Origin: Amoebophrya sp. A120
Taxonomy: Eukaryota > Protista > Dinoflagellata
Direction: 5' to 3'
NCBI GenBank assembly: GCA_905178155.1
Contig: CAJINV010000002.1
Span: 8,761,224-8,825,223 of the forward strand
Length of the DNA stretch: 64,000 nucleotides
Made by a program: the position numbers and the translations under genes. A model generated the notes under the pieces. It saw only the letters and a list, made by a program, of their open reading frames with translations. It did not search any database and was not told where the DNA came from. Shown here piece by piece: positions 1 to 11,600 of the stretch; position 1 is the stretch's first letter, and every line of letters begins with the position of its first letter.

Positions 1-277
1 CTGGTTGATGGAGAGGTTGCTGCGCGTCTTGGACGAGTTTCGCCGCGACATGATGGCGCTTTGGGTCTGGTCGAGCCAGCTGCTGCTCGCACTACTACCC
101 ACGCTCTGCGCACTGCGCGTGCGGGTAAACCCAAAGTCGGGCAGTTCGCTCAGTGTGCTGCATACGCTTTGCGCGTCCTGGTGTTGCAGCAAACTCTGCC
201 CGAGCTGCAGCCGCGCCTTCTGCAGCCGTGCCTCGTGGTACAACGAAAATCGCTTTTTGTCAAAATGCAAAACTACG
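1..277 (-). CDS. Partial exon of a hypothetical protein running off the window start
   Basis: Open minus-strand frame (VVLHFDKKRFSLYHEARLQKARLQLGQSLL...SNLSINQ) to position 1. An in-frame stop lies just upstream, so a splice site is needed. The + strand ORF 5..313 is probably its antisense shadow. Confidence 0.4.
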
Positions 278-1305
278 TATCACGGTTGTCCTCGACCTGA
301 TCATCCATCGTGATCCATCAACATGATCAACATTCACAGGAAAGATTTAAGATGCACATACCAGAATCTTTCCGCTCAATAAAAAATAAGCAAGAAATAA
401 ATCTGGATTAATATGTGCCGTGCGTCATCTCCTTCCAAAATGACACGCACTGCTGCTCCTGCTGCATCCGTTTCTAGACTCTTTCCGACTCGGCGTTTCA
501 TTTTGAAACCACATCGGCCTCGGCGTCACAATGCCTATGTCTATGTCAACGCAGATATTACTTACAATCGATACGATACACTCAATGAAATACAAGGCGA
601 GTACAAGCTTCTTCGATAGTCTTAAAACTATCTGGCGAGCCAGGAACTGTTTACATGCTGTGTGTTTTCCTCTAGGTTAATTGCCTGCACTGGGTTGGTC
701 GCCAGCCGCATCACTCTTGTCCGAACGCGGCCCGTTTTAGCTGCGCGCGAACAATCGTTTAGTGTCCACCAGGGCTACCACCTGTCCGCCCTTAGTGTTC
801 AAGAGATCAAGAGCAATCCCTAGCCACCAATCAAACCATCGAGGGTCAATAGCAAAAGGCTAAGATCTGCCAAAAGCCATCTTCCTTCGGCGTCGAAGAG
901 GAAAACACACCCCAAGCTAATGCCCAGCCACTTCTTCCGCGCTAGGCTAAGAAGCGGACACATAAATCGCCACCGAGCGCCGTGATCAACTCGAAGTTAT
1001 TCACACTTTGCTGCGGTCAACCATCCTACCTAGTCGGGGTGTCGCTGCTTTACGTCTCTGGGCGTAGTCTCAATGAAATACAAACCTAACTTCACGCACG
1101 ATGCCCAGCACGAGCACGACCGTGACACTTTTTTGCATGATGCGTATTGTGCGGCACTGATCAACAACTTTTCCTCGCGTATTGCAGCCTCGCAGGCAGC
1201 ATAGTCCTGGTCGTCATCCGGGGAGCGGTAGCGGGGTATCCTAGATAAAATGTCCGTCACCTGCATCAATTCGTAACCGACTGTCAAATACTGCTCACCT
1301 CAAGT

Positions 1306-4300
1306 TCAACACATTACCATGCATAGCAGTAGCACGGAGCATGCCAAAGAAAAACTGATGTTGGCGACGGAAATTTCATTTCCGATACGATGCTGCTCTA
1401 GCTCACTGGCAGTACCATCTTCCTCGTCCCCTTCGCTGTCGCTGACGGGTTCCGGGCTGCTTTCCTCACTAGCCTGCCCTTCCTGCGCAGCGAAAACCGT
1501 TCCAAATTCGCGCGCCAATTCCCCGCCCGAGGAATCGAGCAGCTGCGGGTAATCTATTTGCGGACCACTGCTGACCTCCTCGTCGTGTGCTCCTTGCACA
1601 GCACCGCTTGCGGCTAGAGGCATCGTCGTCTGCAGCCCCCGCCCGTGGTGCCACTGTTCCTCAATCTTTGGCACAACTACTTGAGCCGACTCAAGAGAAG
1701 ACCTTTGCACCCCGTCGTCCTCAAGCGTCATCATGGTTCGAAAGGACTCTGACAGCGATTGCAAAATGGCTGCTTGCGTCTGGACGTCGTCGTCAGCTTC
1801 GACCACGTAGTCGTGCGCGCTGCTTTCCTCTGCTGCCCCGACGAGGTGGCCCACTGCAGTTGCAGCTGCCTGCGTCGCCATTGGCTGCTCTCGTTTGGCA
1901 TGATCCTGCTGCTGCTGCTGCTGCTGCTCCACTTCCTTCTCCAGTTGCGCTGCGAGAGCGTCCCTTGCTACATGCATGTCTAGCAGCTCCACATCGGTGT
2001 CCACGCCACCACTTGGCCGGGAATACTCACAACTCCCATCCCGCTTCCAGTGTACGACGTCGTCCTCCGGAATGGAGTCCGTAGCAGAGTTGTAGCCATT
2101 GCTCGCCGAACAACTGGAGGCCCCCTTGTTCGGGCCACGCCGACGGTGCCTCGCGGCCGGGGAAAACATTCGCAAGTCGTGCTTGTTCACGCGCATTGGA
2201 TTGAGGGTGGGTGATGTGGCGGAAGATCCAGCAGCGTTTGCAGCGACAGCTACTCCCGCTGTTGCCTTCCCTGTGGGCTGGACCATCCCACAAGATTGCG
2301 CGCGCGTGCGGCCAGAGGAACGGGGAAGCGGAGAGTTCGGTCCACTTCCCAAAGCTGTCGAGGATTTTTCACTGGAAGACCGCGCAGAGTCTCTTCCCGT
2401 TGTGGTCGACGTCGAGCACGCCGCGCCAGAAAGAGAGGCTGCAAGACCTGGACTCCCGTGATGTGTCAGCGCCTTACAGCCCTTGTCACTTCTCCGGGTT
2501 GTACCTTCACCGTCACTCCTGCATCGCGGAAAGCCGGGAGTGATGCCTGCCCTCGCCACAGCGGTGAGCGTGGGTGCGTAAGGTGTGCCTGTTCCAAACG
2601 ACGCCGCGGACAGAATCTCCTTGGCAATCGCAGCCGAGAACGAGGACTGCGCAGGCTGCACAAGCAGTGGTTGTAGTTCGGCGTGGTCATCTTCAGGACG
2701 AGTTCTTGCAAGCAAGTTCAGAGAGGTCTCGACGTCAAACGTGTTGAAGTGGAACTGCCGTCCCTGTACTTCAACTTCTCCGTTGCTTTCATCTCTGGCT
2801 CGGATGGCAAATAATGATCGCTGCCCGTTGTAAAACTGCAGCTCTTCCTCATCGCTCGTAACACGGAACGGCGCCATTAGAATATCGTTGTCAATCAGAC
2901 CTGTGTCATCTGTCGTGTCGTCGATCTGCTGAGTAGCTGTTCGCTGCGCTTTTGTGGTTAATACCGGTTTATTTCTCACTTCTTTCTCCGTACTGAATCC
3001 GCCCAGTCGCGCATACAGCTGCAAATATTTCAGGAGGAAGGAGAAATCGTCCACACGAGGACCTGGCGATGAAGACAAGGCTGGTTCGACAGATGCTGAG
3101 CCTGCCGAGCCTCCGCCAGAAGTCCTCACGGTACTAGAGCCGCTCCTGAAGACACTCGCCATTGATGTTGTCGCATACTCCGGGCGCGACGCCGGTGCAG
3201 AGGAAGATGGGATCGTCCTCTCGTCTCGATCTTCTACTGCACCTGCATCTAAATCCGACATCATCTGCGCTACGTACTGTTCGAAGTCCGGTAACTGCTC
3301 CTGAACCAGCGTCGCGTCCACCTCCTTCAGATACTCTGCCACTTCAGCCAAATTCTTGAATTGCCCGTGGTAGAACGAGATCTCACTGTAGTGGAGCGAA
3401 AATGAGTTCTTCTCAGCGAATTCGGAGTCCAGGTCCCGGCTGATGGCAAAAGAACGCAGATGGTCTTGCGTAGAAGAGAAATGCTGGGTATTTTCATCCG
3501 CAGAGGACGACATCGTCGTGCCGAGTTTCTGCATGCCGAAGAAGTCCAGTCCCTGCCACAGGAAGCCCCGGATCGCGTTCTGCTTGATCTTTTTGTCCTC
3601 CCAAAACTGTTGCTCGAACGACTCCGTAACGTCGTCATTCACCTTCTGGTTCTCCTTGACGAACTGCCGGCGCTTCCAGTACTCCGCCTCGGTCTGGAAC
3701 CACCAGACACTGCAGGCCCGAAACAAGTGCTTGCGCAAGTGGTCTCGAAGTAAATCATCCATCTGGTGCAACTCGTGCAGGCCCACGGACGTCCTCGCGG
3801 TGGAGGTCTCATCTTGCACATCAACAACATTTACGTCCGTAATTTGCGACAGCTGCTCCCGTGCGCTCGTCGTCGGCACGCCGGCAGCTCTTTCCGGGGA
3901 GGGAGGGTGCAATGATCGCTCTCCTTCGGCATCCGCACTTCTAGGAGATGAAACATCAGACGTTCGATGCGCTTGGGTTCGTCCCTGCCCGTCCTCTACA
4001 ACTTTCTCGTCCAGGTAAGTGCCCGCTAGGGTCGCGGTCACCGCGTCAATGGCGCTGCCGTAGGTTTGGGCGAGGCCTCGCTCTCGCTCCTTTGCTGGGG
4101 CGCTGCTCAGGAGCGCACTGCCACCTTTCGGGGGGACATCGCCATCGCCGCCGTCGTCCGAATCGCTACTAGTATCAGAAGAGCCGCCCCGCAGGGACGA
4201 CTTCGACTCTACCCTCTCCTCGGAGCTTGATCGGCTGGAAAGATTGCCCGTGCGCCGGCTAGAGGATGACCGAGACCTTGGCTTCATCTCGATTGGACCC

Positions 4301-7300
4301 GGAGCGGCTGGTCCTCGCTCCTCGCTCGCCATGCGTAGGTCGCGGTACATTTCAGTCAGGTTGGTGCCCGCCGCTACCCGGTGCAGACCGGCTGATTCAT
4401 TCCGATGGCCTGTGGTCACCATGTCAATGTTTTTGTTCACTCCTGCTGTAGCGCAGGTGTCTTGCTCTTGACCACCCGTAAGTGAAGAAGATGCTGCTGA
4501 CATACTAGTTGTAGCTGGACTGTTAGGCCCGCCGGTCGAAGTCTGCTGCTCGCTGCACGGCCTCGAAGCAGGAGAACCACCCCGCTGTCGACCCGCCGAC
4601 CGCTCCTGTGAGGACGAACTTCCGGTCCTCGTCGTCGTGCTTGGATACAGGGCCGCCCGTGTCCGTTTTTGCGATGAGCTGCCCTTCGCATCGGCCGATC
4701 GCTTCTGCCGTCCGCCCGCTCCAGAGGATCCGTCGTGATCGGGGCTCGGGTCCTCCTCGTCGGCCGAGGACAGAAGAGCTTTCAGGTGGAACAGCGCACG
4801 CCTAGCGACGGCGTCGTCCGCAGGCGAGATCTCGAGCAACAGACTGCCCATGTCCTCGCCGAAGCGCCGGCGAAACTTGTCTTCTAGGCCGAGGATGTGA
4901 AGCCACTTTTGGGGTATAGCAGATCTGCTTTCACGCACTGGAATATCGCTGGGGCCGCGAAAGAAAGCACTCGTGTGTCCGTCCGAAGTGCGCGGAGGTC
5001 CTCCACCCGCCCATCCAAGATGGCTCGCCGTACGAGTGCGGGCACCGAACTCGACCTCTGCCTGATGGTGAATGACGCTGACTCGTACCCGCTCCTTCAG
5101 GTCTGCCTGAAAGGTGTGCTGCAGCCGGCGCCGCGTTTCTGAGTCCGCGCGGCACCGAATTGCGAACGTCATCCACGGTGACAGTGTGGGTAGAGAAAAC
5201 GAGGACACGGTGGGATTCTGGGATTCTGTTTCTCTACTCTGGTCGATGAAGCCTTGTGCACTATTTGAACGAATCGTAGCCGTGTTTACAGTAGCTAGGT
5301 CAACAAAATCTCCTTTTGCGCTATCAAGGGCTTCGTCAAAGGCCGCTAGAAAGGAAGTGTTCGTGTTCGCCGACATGTCACTCGCAAATGCCGAAGATGA
5401 GGCACCCCCTGTGCTCATCGGCGCAGCGGCCGGCAGTCCAGCGGAAGCAGAAGCCAGAAGTGGTGTGGGTTGTTGGGATCCTAAACTGCCAGCGGAGGTA
5501 AGGTCAGCTGCACTGCCGGCGGAGGTACTAGAGGTCGGCGGAGACAGCTTCGCGCTCGGCGGAAGAACCAGTGCCGGCACGACGAAGTCCCCTGAGGGCA
5601 CGCCCTCGCCAGGCTCGAGTTTGGGGGTCGGAGACTCATCCGAGTCCCACAGCTGCAGTTGGTCCCAGGGCGTGCCGCCTGCCGCGCCGGGGTGGGGCCA
5701 AGGCGCAGCGCGCGAAACCCACAAGGGCACTTGGCGCATCAGTTCCGCGACCGCCGGTGGCATCCAATTCTGCGCAAGTTGCCCATGACGGTCCATCAAT
5801 TCATCTCCCTCCCGGGGACCATGTTCCAGTTTCTTCACCGACGGAGGCATCGTGGCCGCTGAGCTCTGCTTTTGTACTTGCCCTTGCATTTGCGGCGCAG
5901 CGCCGATTCCATCTGGACCTTGACAAGGATGTTCCTGAGCACTTTGCCTGTCCGCTTTGCGTGACTCGTAGTTGTTGTGTTGCGTGATTGCGTCATCAAC
6001 GGCACCGCTCGGGAGCTGCTGGTGGCCGTCTGGAGATTGCATGGACTGGTCGAAAAATGGTTCGCGTACTGGTCCAGGAGGCGTCCTCTCTACTACTCCC
6101 ATTCCCTCTGTCGTCGTTTTTGAAGAGAACAAGTTCCTCTTCTTCGTCGCGCAGCCGTCTCCCTGATACAAAAATTGCGCCCCGGATTGCAGCTGCTCCC
6201 CCTGCTCGTAGTGGCTATCAGCACCCTGCTGCTCCTCAACTTCCTTCTGTTTTTTCTCTAAGTCCCGCCGTGCATTCGCCAAGCTGTTGTGCAGCAGAAG
6301 AAAGCTGGGGTCGCCGCGCACGCTTCTCTTCAGCAGGGGCTGGAGGACTTGGCGCCGGAAAAACTGGTCATCGTAGTTCGTCTTTACTTTTGCCGAAAAG
6401 ATGCTAAACAGAATTCGGAACAGCGCGCGGTCCGTGGCCAAGCGGACAGGCTCGCCCAGCAAAAACGGAAAGCGCGATACCAGTGGGACCTTCGCTACAT
6501 GAACCTCGTCTAGCGGAAAAAAGTCGCCCGCCGGCAGTGGCAGATACGATTCCCTTGTCGTGCCGCTTGGAGGTTCGTTAAGAGTACCGGCCGCCCTCCT
6601 GGTGCTCGTCAGCACGGGTGGAAGTTGTGCGCCACTAATTCCGGCAGGAGCGTTCAAAACTTCCGCGGTCTCTCTAAGAAGAGCACTTTGTCGTGGTTCC
6701 CACGCGGGCGAAGCATCTCGCACTTGGTCTTGGTCGCCGCACCGCCTTTCCGATAACAGCCGCCTGCTATCGCCAAAAACGGCCGTTTCCTCGCCTACCG
6801 AGGGCAGGCTGTCCTTACTGGCGTTGTAGCTCCTTATCAGGTGTTCGCTCTGCTCCCTTGTTTCAGTAGCACAGGAGGCAAACGTGCAGGAGCTGTTTCC
6901 GGAGGAAAACTTCTCCCGCATCTTTTTCGTCGTGATCTGTACTGCTCGGCTGACGTTTTCGAAGATACTCCGAGTTTTCTGGTCGCTCACGCTCTGCAGG
7001 TGGTCCGTGACGCTGGGCACAGTGGAATCTTCCGACGCGTAATACGGAGGCCGGCCTCCGAGGCTCGAGCCGCTCGCTCCGCCATCAGTAAAAACGCCCC
7101 GACTCACAGCGCTGCTCGGTGAGCAATCTGACTGCGCGCTTTGCATCTCTGTAGCTGAGAACGGTGCACCGTCTGCGCCGCCACTCACGCTTGACTGCGT
7201 GGAACCGCGCCGTCCAGCGTGGAGCAAATCGGGCACTCGCCCGAGCCGGTCGTGCAGCGCGGCGAGACCTCCGGTTGCCGTCAGGTTCATGTCCAGTGAG

Positions 7301-7323
7301 GCCCGCAGCGTCTCCGCATTCAA
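1306..7323 (-). CDS. Large low-complexity hypothetical protein (2005-aa ORF, probably an internal exon)
   Basis: 6-kb uninterrupted Ser/Ala/Gly/Gln-rich ORF starting at TTG, not ATG. A GT donor-like site (ATG|GTAATG) is at 1317. No recognisable domain. Confidence 0.75.
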   Translation of the reverse strand: MNAETLRASLDMNLTATGGLAALHDRLGRVPDLLHAGRRGSTQSSVSGGADGAPFSATEMQSAQSDCSPSSAVSRGVFTDGGASGSSLGGRPPYYASEDSTVPSVTDHLQSVSDQKTRSIFENVSRAVQITTKKMREKFSSGNSSCTFASCATETREQSEHLIRSYNASKDSLPSVGEETAVFGDSRRLLSERRCGDQDQVRDASPAWEPRQSALLRETAEVLNAPAGISGAQLPPVLTSTRRAAGTLNEPPSGTTRESYLPLPAGDFFPLDEVHVAKVPLVSRFPFLLGEPVRLATDRALFRILFSIFSAKVKTNYDDQFFRRQVLQPLLKRSVRGDPSFLLLHNSLANARRDLEKKQKEVEEQQGADSHYEQGEQLQSGAQFLYQGDGCATKKRNLFSSKTTTEGMGVVERTPPGPVREPFFDQSMQSPDGHQQLPSGAVDDAITQHNNYESRKADRQSAQEHPCQGPDGIGAAPQMQGQVQKQSSAATMPPSVKKLEHGPREGDELMDRHGQLAQNWMPPAVAELMRQVPLWVSRAAPWPHPGAAGGTPWDQLQLWDSDESPTPKLEPGEGVPSGDFVVPALVLPPSAKLSPPTSSTSAGSAADLTSAGSLGSQQPTPLLASASAGLPAAAPMSTGGASSSAFASDMSANTNTSFLAAFDEALDSAKGDFVDLATVNTATIRSNSAQGFIDQSRETESQNPTVSSFSLPTLSPWMTFAIRCRADSETRRRLQHTFQADLKERVRVSVIHHQAEVEFGARTRTASHLGWAGGGPPRTSDGHTSAFFRGPSDIPVRESRSAIPQKWLHILGLEDKFRRRFGEDMGSLLLEISPADDAVARRALFHLKALLSSADEEDPSPDHDGSSGAGGRQKRSADAKGSSSQKRTRAALYPSTTTRTGSSSSQERSAGRQRGGSPASRPCSEQQTSTGGPNSPATTSMSAASSSLTGGQEQDTCATAGVNKNIDMVTTGHRNESAGLHRVAAGTNLTEMYRDLRMASEERGPAAPGPIEMKPRSRSSSSRRTGNLSSRSSSEERVESKSSLRGGSSDTSSDSDDGGDGDVPPKGGSALLSSAPAKERERGLAQTYGSAIDAVTATLAGTYLDEKVVEDGQGRTQAHRTSDVSSPRSADAEGERSLHPPSPERAAGVPTTSAREQLSQITDVNVVDVQDETSTARTSVGLHELHQMDDLLRDHLRKHLFRACSVWWFQTEAEYWKRRQFVKENQKVNDDVTESFEQQFWEDKKIKQNAIRGFLWQGLDFFGMQKLGTTMSSSADENTQHFSSTQDHLRSFAISRDLDSEFAEKNSFSLHYSEISFYHGQFKNLAEVAEYLKEVDATLVQEQLPDFEQYVAQMMSDLDAGAVEDRDERTIPSSSAPASRPEYATTSMASVFRSGSSTVRTSGGGSAGSASVEPALSSSPGPRVDDFSFLLKYLQLYARLGGFSTEKEVRNKPVLTTKAQRTATQQIDDTTDDTGLIDNDILMAPFRVTSDEEELQFYNGQRSLFAIRARDESNGEVEVQGRQFHFNTFDVETSLNLLARTRPEDDHAELQPLLVQPAQSSFSAAIAKEILSAASFGTGTPYAPTLTAVARAGITPGFPRCRSDGEGTTRRSDKGCKALTHHGSPGLAASLSGAACSTSTTTGRDSARSSSEKSSTALGSGPNSPLPRSSGRTRAQSCGMVQPTGKATAGVAVAANAAGSSATSPTLNPMRVNKHDLRMFSPAARHRRRGPNKGASSCSASNGYNSATDSIPEDDVVHWKRDGSCEYSRPSGGVDTDVELLDMHVARDALAAQLEKEVEQQQQQQQDHAKREQPMATQAAATAVGHLVGAAEESSAHDYVVEADDDVQTQAAILQSLSESFRTMMTLEDDGVQRSSLESAQVVVPKIEEQWHHGRGLQTTMPLAASGAVQGAHDEEVSSGPQIDYPQLLDSSGGELAREFGTVFAAQEGQASEESSPEPVSDSEGDEEDGTASELEQHRIGNEISVANISFSLACSVLLLCMVMC

Positions 7324-7383
7324 GGTGGGCGATTCGTATGCAGAGAAAAGGTTTCATTCGTGGAAGCAAGAGAATTCGAATTT

Positions 7384-8418
7384 TCAGTAATACGAAGTTC
7401 GAAAACGAAAACAAGAGGACCTTGGCTGGATCAAATTTTTCCGCCGGGAAATCTTTTTCAATGTCACGATATCATGCAGTAAAGCCAGAGAGCAGGAATA
7501 TGGCACTCCCAAACCCAACCAAAGCAAAACTATAGAATTGTGTATGTTGAATGAGCGGTGGTAAAAATGCAAGTGCAATTCGTACGACTGAAGGCAAGTG
7601 CTTGCACGATGATCGACCACTTCTGCATATAATAAATCTGGGCGAGATTCATAAGTCATGTCGACGTCGATGTCAACAGTGTTCTGATAGCCTGATTCCT
7701 CCAGCATAGACGTTAGGCTCTGGTTGCTCAAAAACTTGTCCTTGGATTTTGGTTTCCTGTTCTCTCGCCGGGTGCTGGGGTAGGGGGTACTCCGGGCCGC
7801 GTGCGAAGGAGACAATGGTGACAAAGACCCGGCTGCGTCGGCATGTCCGGCGGAGGTGGGAGCTGCACCAGCTGCTGCAATTGTGTGTTCGGAGGTTCTC
7901 GAGCCGCTCGCGCGAGCCTCTGCCGTTTCCTTTCGCCGCTCTGAGTGCCCCGTAGCAGCGTGTCGCACAAGTATGTTTTGTCGCTGCCATTCTAGGGATC
8001 CAAACGCTGGTGCTGGTTGTCCCACAAGAGGAGCAGCGGGCTTTCGACTCATCGCCGCATTCTCGACCCCGCCGGGCGAACGACTCTGCGGGGACGACGT
8101 GACAACCCGCTTCCGTTGCAGCTGCGCCACCCCCAACTCCAGCAGGCTCGGCTCGTCGGAGCAGAACTCCAACACCCAGGTGCATTTGTCGCGCAGCGTC
8201 AGGCTCGGAAACTTGGGAATCGTTCGCTCCACGTCGGCGGCGCTACTTCCGTAGGACGCACGAACCTGCTCTCCCATTTTCCGCAAATGGGTCAAGGCGG
8301 AGCTCGCGCACTGCGCGCTCAAGCTCAAACTCTGGATTAAATCTGGCACCGGAGAAATCTCCGGACTCTCGTGCATGATGGCTTTCGTCGCCGACCATAT
8401 CACACGGAATTCATCTCC
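7384..8418 (-). CDS. Hypothetical protein exon, probably spliced to the flanking large ORFs
   Basis: The frame opens right after a TAG acceptor-like site (8421-8419). Coding-like to about 7650, then AT-rich and intron-like. Same frame as ORF 1306..7323. Confidence 0.55.
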   Translation of the reverse strand, partial: GDEFRVIWSATKAIMHESPEISPVPDLIQSLSLSAQCASSALTHLRKMGEQVRASYGSSAADVERTIPKFPSLTLRDKCTWVLEFCSDEPSLLELGVAQLQRKRVVTSSPQSRSPGGVENAAMSRKPAAPLVGQPAPAFGSLEWQRQNILVRHAATGHSERRKETAEARASGSRTSEHTIAAAGAAPTSAGHADAAGSLSPLSPSHAARSTPYPSTRRENRKPKSKDKFLSNQSLTSMLEESGYQNTVDIDVDMTYESRPDLLYAEVVDHRASTCLQSYELHLHFYHRSFNIHNSIVLLWLGLGVPYSCSLALLHDIVTLKKISRRKNLIQPRSSCFRFRTSYY

Positions 8419-8650
8419 CTACGACCACCCAGAAGCTCAGAACATGTTGCATATGTCAGAATGCGTATGCGAAAAGAAGTCCCAACATGCTGCTATTGCT
8501 ACGCATAGTTGACAGCAAGACATACATTTACATTGACACAGTTCCAAAATTACGATTTGATGATTAAGTGGCACATACTCATGGAGAACCGAAATTTTCA
8601 AAACCCTAGCTCTAATCACCGCATAACCATTTTTTCAGACTCCAATATTT

Positions 8651-11600
8651 CTATTTCATGCCCCGCATGACAAAATAGGTAAAAACAAACCAAGCTAGAA
8701 TAGTGAAGGAAGACAAAGTTTTCCGCGTGATAGAAAAGTAGGCCGCGCTTCCGACAACATTCTCCTGATCCTTCCCTTTTCGGTCCCCTTCGGCGGTCCT
8801 CCCCCGTGCCTTCTTTTCGCGGGCGCTGCGCACTTGACGGCGAGCGTTGTCCCGGACGAGGCCCTGCTGAAAATTGGGTAGATAAATCACTTCGAACAGA
8901 TTGAGGCAGGGCACTGTGATTAGGTTGTGCGCGAAGGAGTACATGCGTGTGTCTTCGTCCTGCTGGACCTCCTCGTCCTCTGGAAAAAGACTCGAGACCC
9001 CGAGCGGCTTTATGTGCGGGGCTCCCGGATGTTGAAACTGTTGCTGCAGCGGCCGCTCCCTTCTTGCCTGTTTTGCAGCACGAGAACCCGCCCGCCCAGA
9101 TGCTGGATTGCCTGGAGCAGCGGCCGCCGCAGAGGCGCCCTGTTCCTTCGCAAAGGCTGCCTCGTGGTCCCGATCCCGCATGAAGACCCGCTCCTGGACG
9201 AACCCCGCATAGCGCAAAATGCGGAGAAACACCAGCAGCGCGAGCATGCGTGCCTTCTTCCGTACGGTGTTGTAGGAATCCGCGTGTTCGTGCCGGAGGA
9301 TGGAAAATCTCTCCTCGAGTTTCTGCCACCACTCCGTCAACCCCGGCTCCTCGAGCGCTTCTTCTTGTTCTAAAAAGTGGTAGAAGGCGGGGCTGCGCGG
9401 GTCTTCGTGCAGCTTCTCCCGCCTCGCTTCTTCTCGCAACAAGTCCTGCGTCGTTTTCTGTGTGGCGGATTGAAATTCCGCGTCGCGATTCGTGTAAAAG
9501 CTCCGCAGCTCCTGACGAATCTGCACGTAGAGCTCCGGAAAATCGCGGTACTCCGGCGGGATTAGGGACTCCTGGTGCGCCGCCGACGGCAGGGAGAAAA
9601 AGGTACTAGCGGCCTTCGCACTGGCAACACCAGCTGCGGCAGCGTAAGCAGGAGCTTCTTTGACGTTTTTTCCTTCAGGTTGCTGACTGGTGCCCGACGT
9701 TGCTGCTGTCCTCGTCGGCGCTTGGTCGATGGACATGGGCGAGCTGTGAGTGTTCACAGGAGCATTGACGAATGCACTGGCGAGCGCCAATGCGGTCGCC
9801 ATAGAAGAGTTCCTCTCCACATCCACGGCTCGGCCCTCGAGAACACACCCGCCGCAGGCTACTTCCATCGCACCGTTCGCCCTCGGCAGCTCGCACGCCG
9901 AAGGCAGGCGAAAGGACGCACACGTGGTCGACCCCTCCGGTGTAGTTGTAGCTCCGGGGGTGGGAGAGGGGACGCGACCGCGAGCGCGACCCAGCGCCTC
10001 CGCATTAGGTAGTTCCACTAGAGGCGGGCCGAACAGCTGGTCGACCGAAAGCGGCAGCCCGCCCTCGGTCGGGGTCGAGGGTCCCGTTTCCACCAGGGTT
10101 GCCGGCGACCAGTCTCTGCGGTCCGAACTGGCCCCGCCCGTGGACTTGGCCGAGGAAGAGGGGACCGCAGTGGACTTGGCCGAGGAAGACTCGCCGTCGG
10201 CAGACTTAAACGAAACGCGACCTGATTTAGTGGACCTGACACTTCTCGTGCGTAGGCTACAAGAAGTCGCCCCGTCCTCACCAAAGCTTCGTGGCGTCAG
10301 CGACTCGTAATCGACTTCCTCGTCCGGGTAGTTGCAGGTGGTGCTTGCAACCTCTTCCCGTTCGATAACGCCCGGGAGGACAAGACCCTCTCGGGCTGTA
10401 TCGTTCTCCCTTGCCGCTGTTGCATCGACGCCGGCATCAACTTGTTGCATTTGTCGCTGCTCCAAATGCACTTTGTCCTCCGTCTCTGTCGCGTTTTGAG
10501 CCAGAAAAGCTTCCTGAATTTTGCGTCGGAGCTCCATGCGAGTGAGTTGGGACCGTATGTGTCGCCGGGACCGAGGGCTCCAGCTATCCGAACGATCACT
10601 CTCCGTGTGCTGACAAAGAGGTGTCGGTAAGGCCGATGGCTCTCCTTTTGTTCCCTCTCGGCAACTCCCCACTGGACAAGCTGCACTAACACTGCGATCT
10701 GCGGCTCCTGATGGGTCTCTTTGGTGCCGGTGTTTCATTGTGCCTGCTTCATACTCACGACAAAATTTTCGACCGCGGAATATGTCGTGATGCTCGGGTC
10801 CAGCAGCTCGCCTGGCAAGCGCACGGGCTCGCGTTACGGCGGTTTTTTTTGAAGAAACGTACACATGATCTGCGCCAGGGCCTTTCTGGTCGCTCTTGCT
10901 TTCATCTTGATCAGCATCTATTTGCATCGCTGCTTCGCGATCTGAACCCGTCTCGTCGCCGTCGCATTCCAGATCGACTCCAAGTGCCCAGATCTTTTTT
11001 TTCATCGTATCCTCTCGACAACTTGTAGTTGTGGGGAAAGCCTCGTCTACCGCAGAATCACAGGAACGTCGTTCCTCTACTGGCTTCTGAGAAGAAAAAG
11101 TTTTCTGATGTAATATGTCATCTTTATCTTCCTGGCCTTCGGAGGCGGAACCACGACCAACTCCACCACCGACTACTTGCCGATCCTTCCGAGACACTTT
11201 GGTACACGGAGCCGCTGCTGCCAATTTTGTTGCGGGAATCAGATTCGTAGCAGGGACCGGTAAGGAGGATCGAGCCGTCGTGTGCCTCACTTTTTTCTTT
11301 CTAGACTTGGGCGCGTCAGCACCAATATCAAGTGACAGGTTGTAATCTTTGACGATAGCGAAGCCTGCGAGCCAACCGAACGCCTGCCGTGCCGTCACAC
11401 CGGAGCGCGTTCCCAGTACAGGCTCCGCTACTTCTTCGTGGTTTGAGCTTCGTCCCCCGACGCCAGCAAAACGCGTCTCCGGTAGTTGCACGTCCGCGGA
11501 CTCGGGCTCCACCGCTGCCAAGGTGGTCTTCCTCTGGGCCCTCGACGTTGTGTCCTCCTGTGCAGTCACACCAAGACGAAGGCCGAAGAAGGGCTTTCTT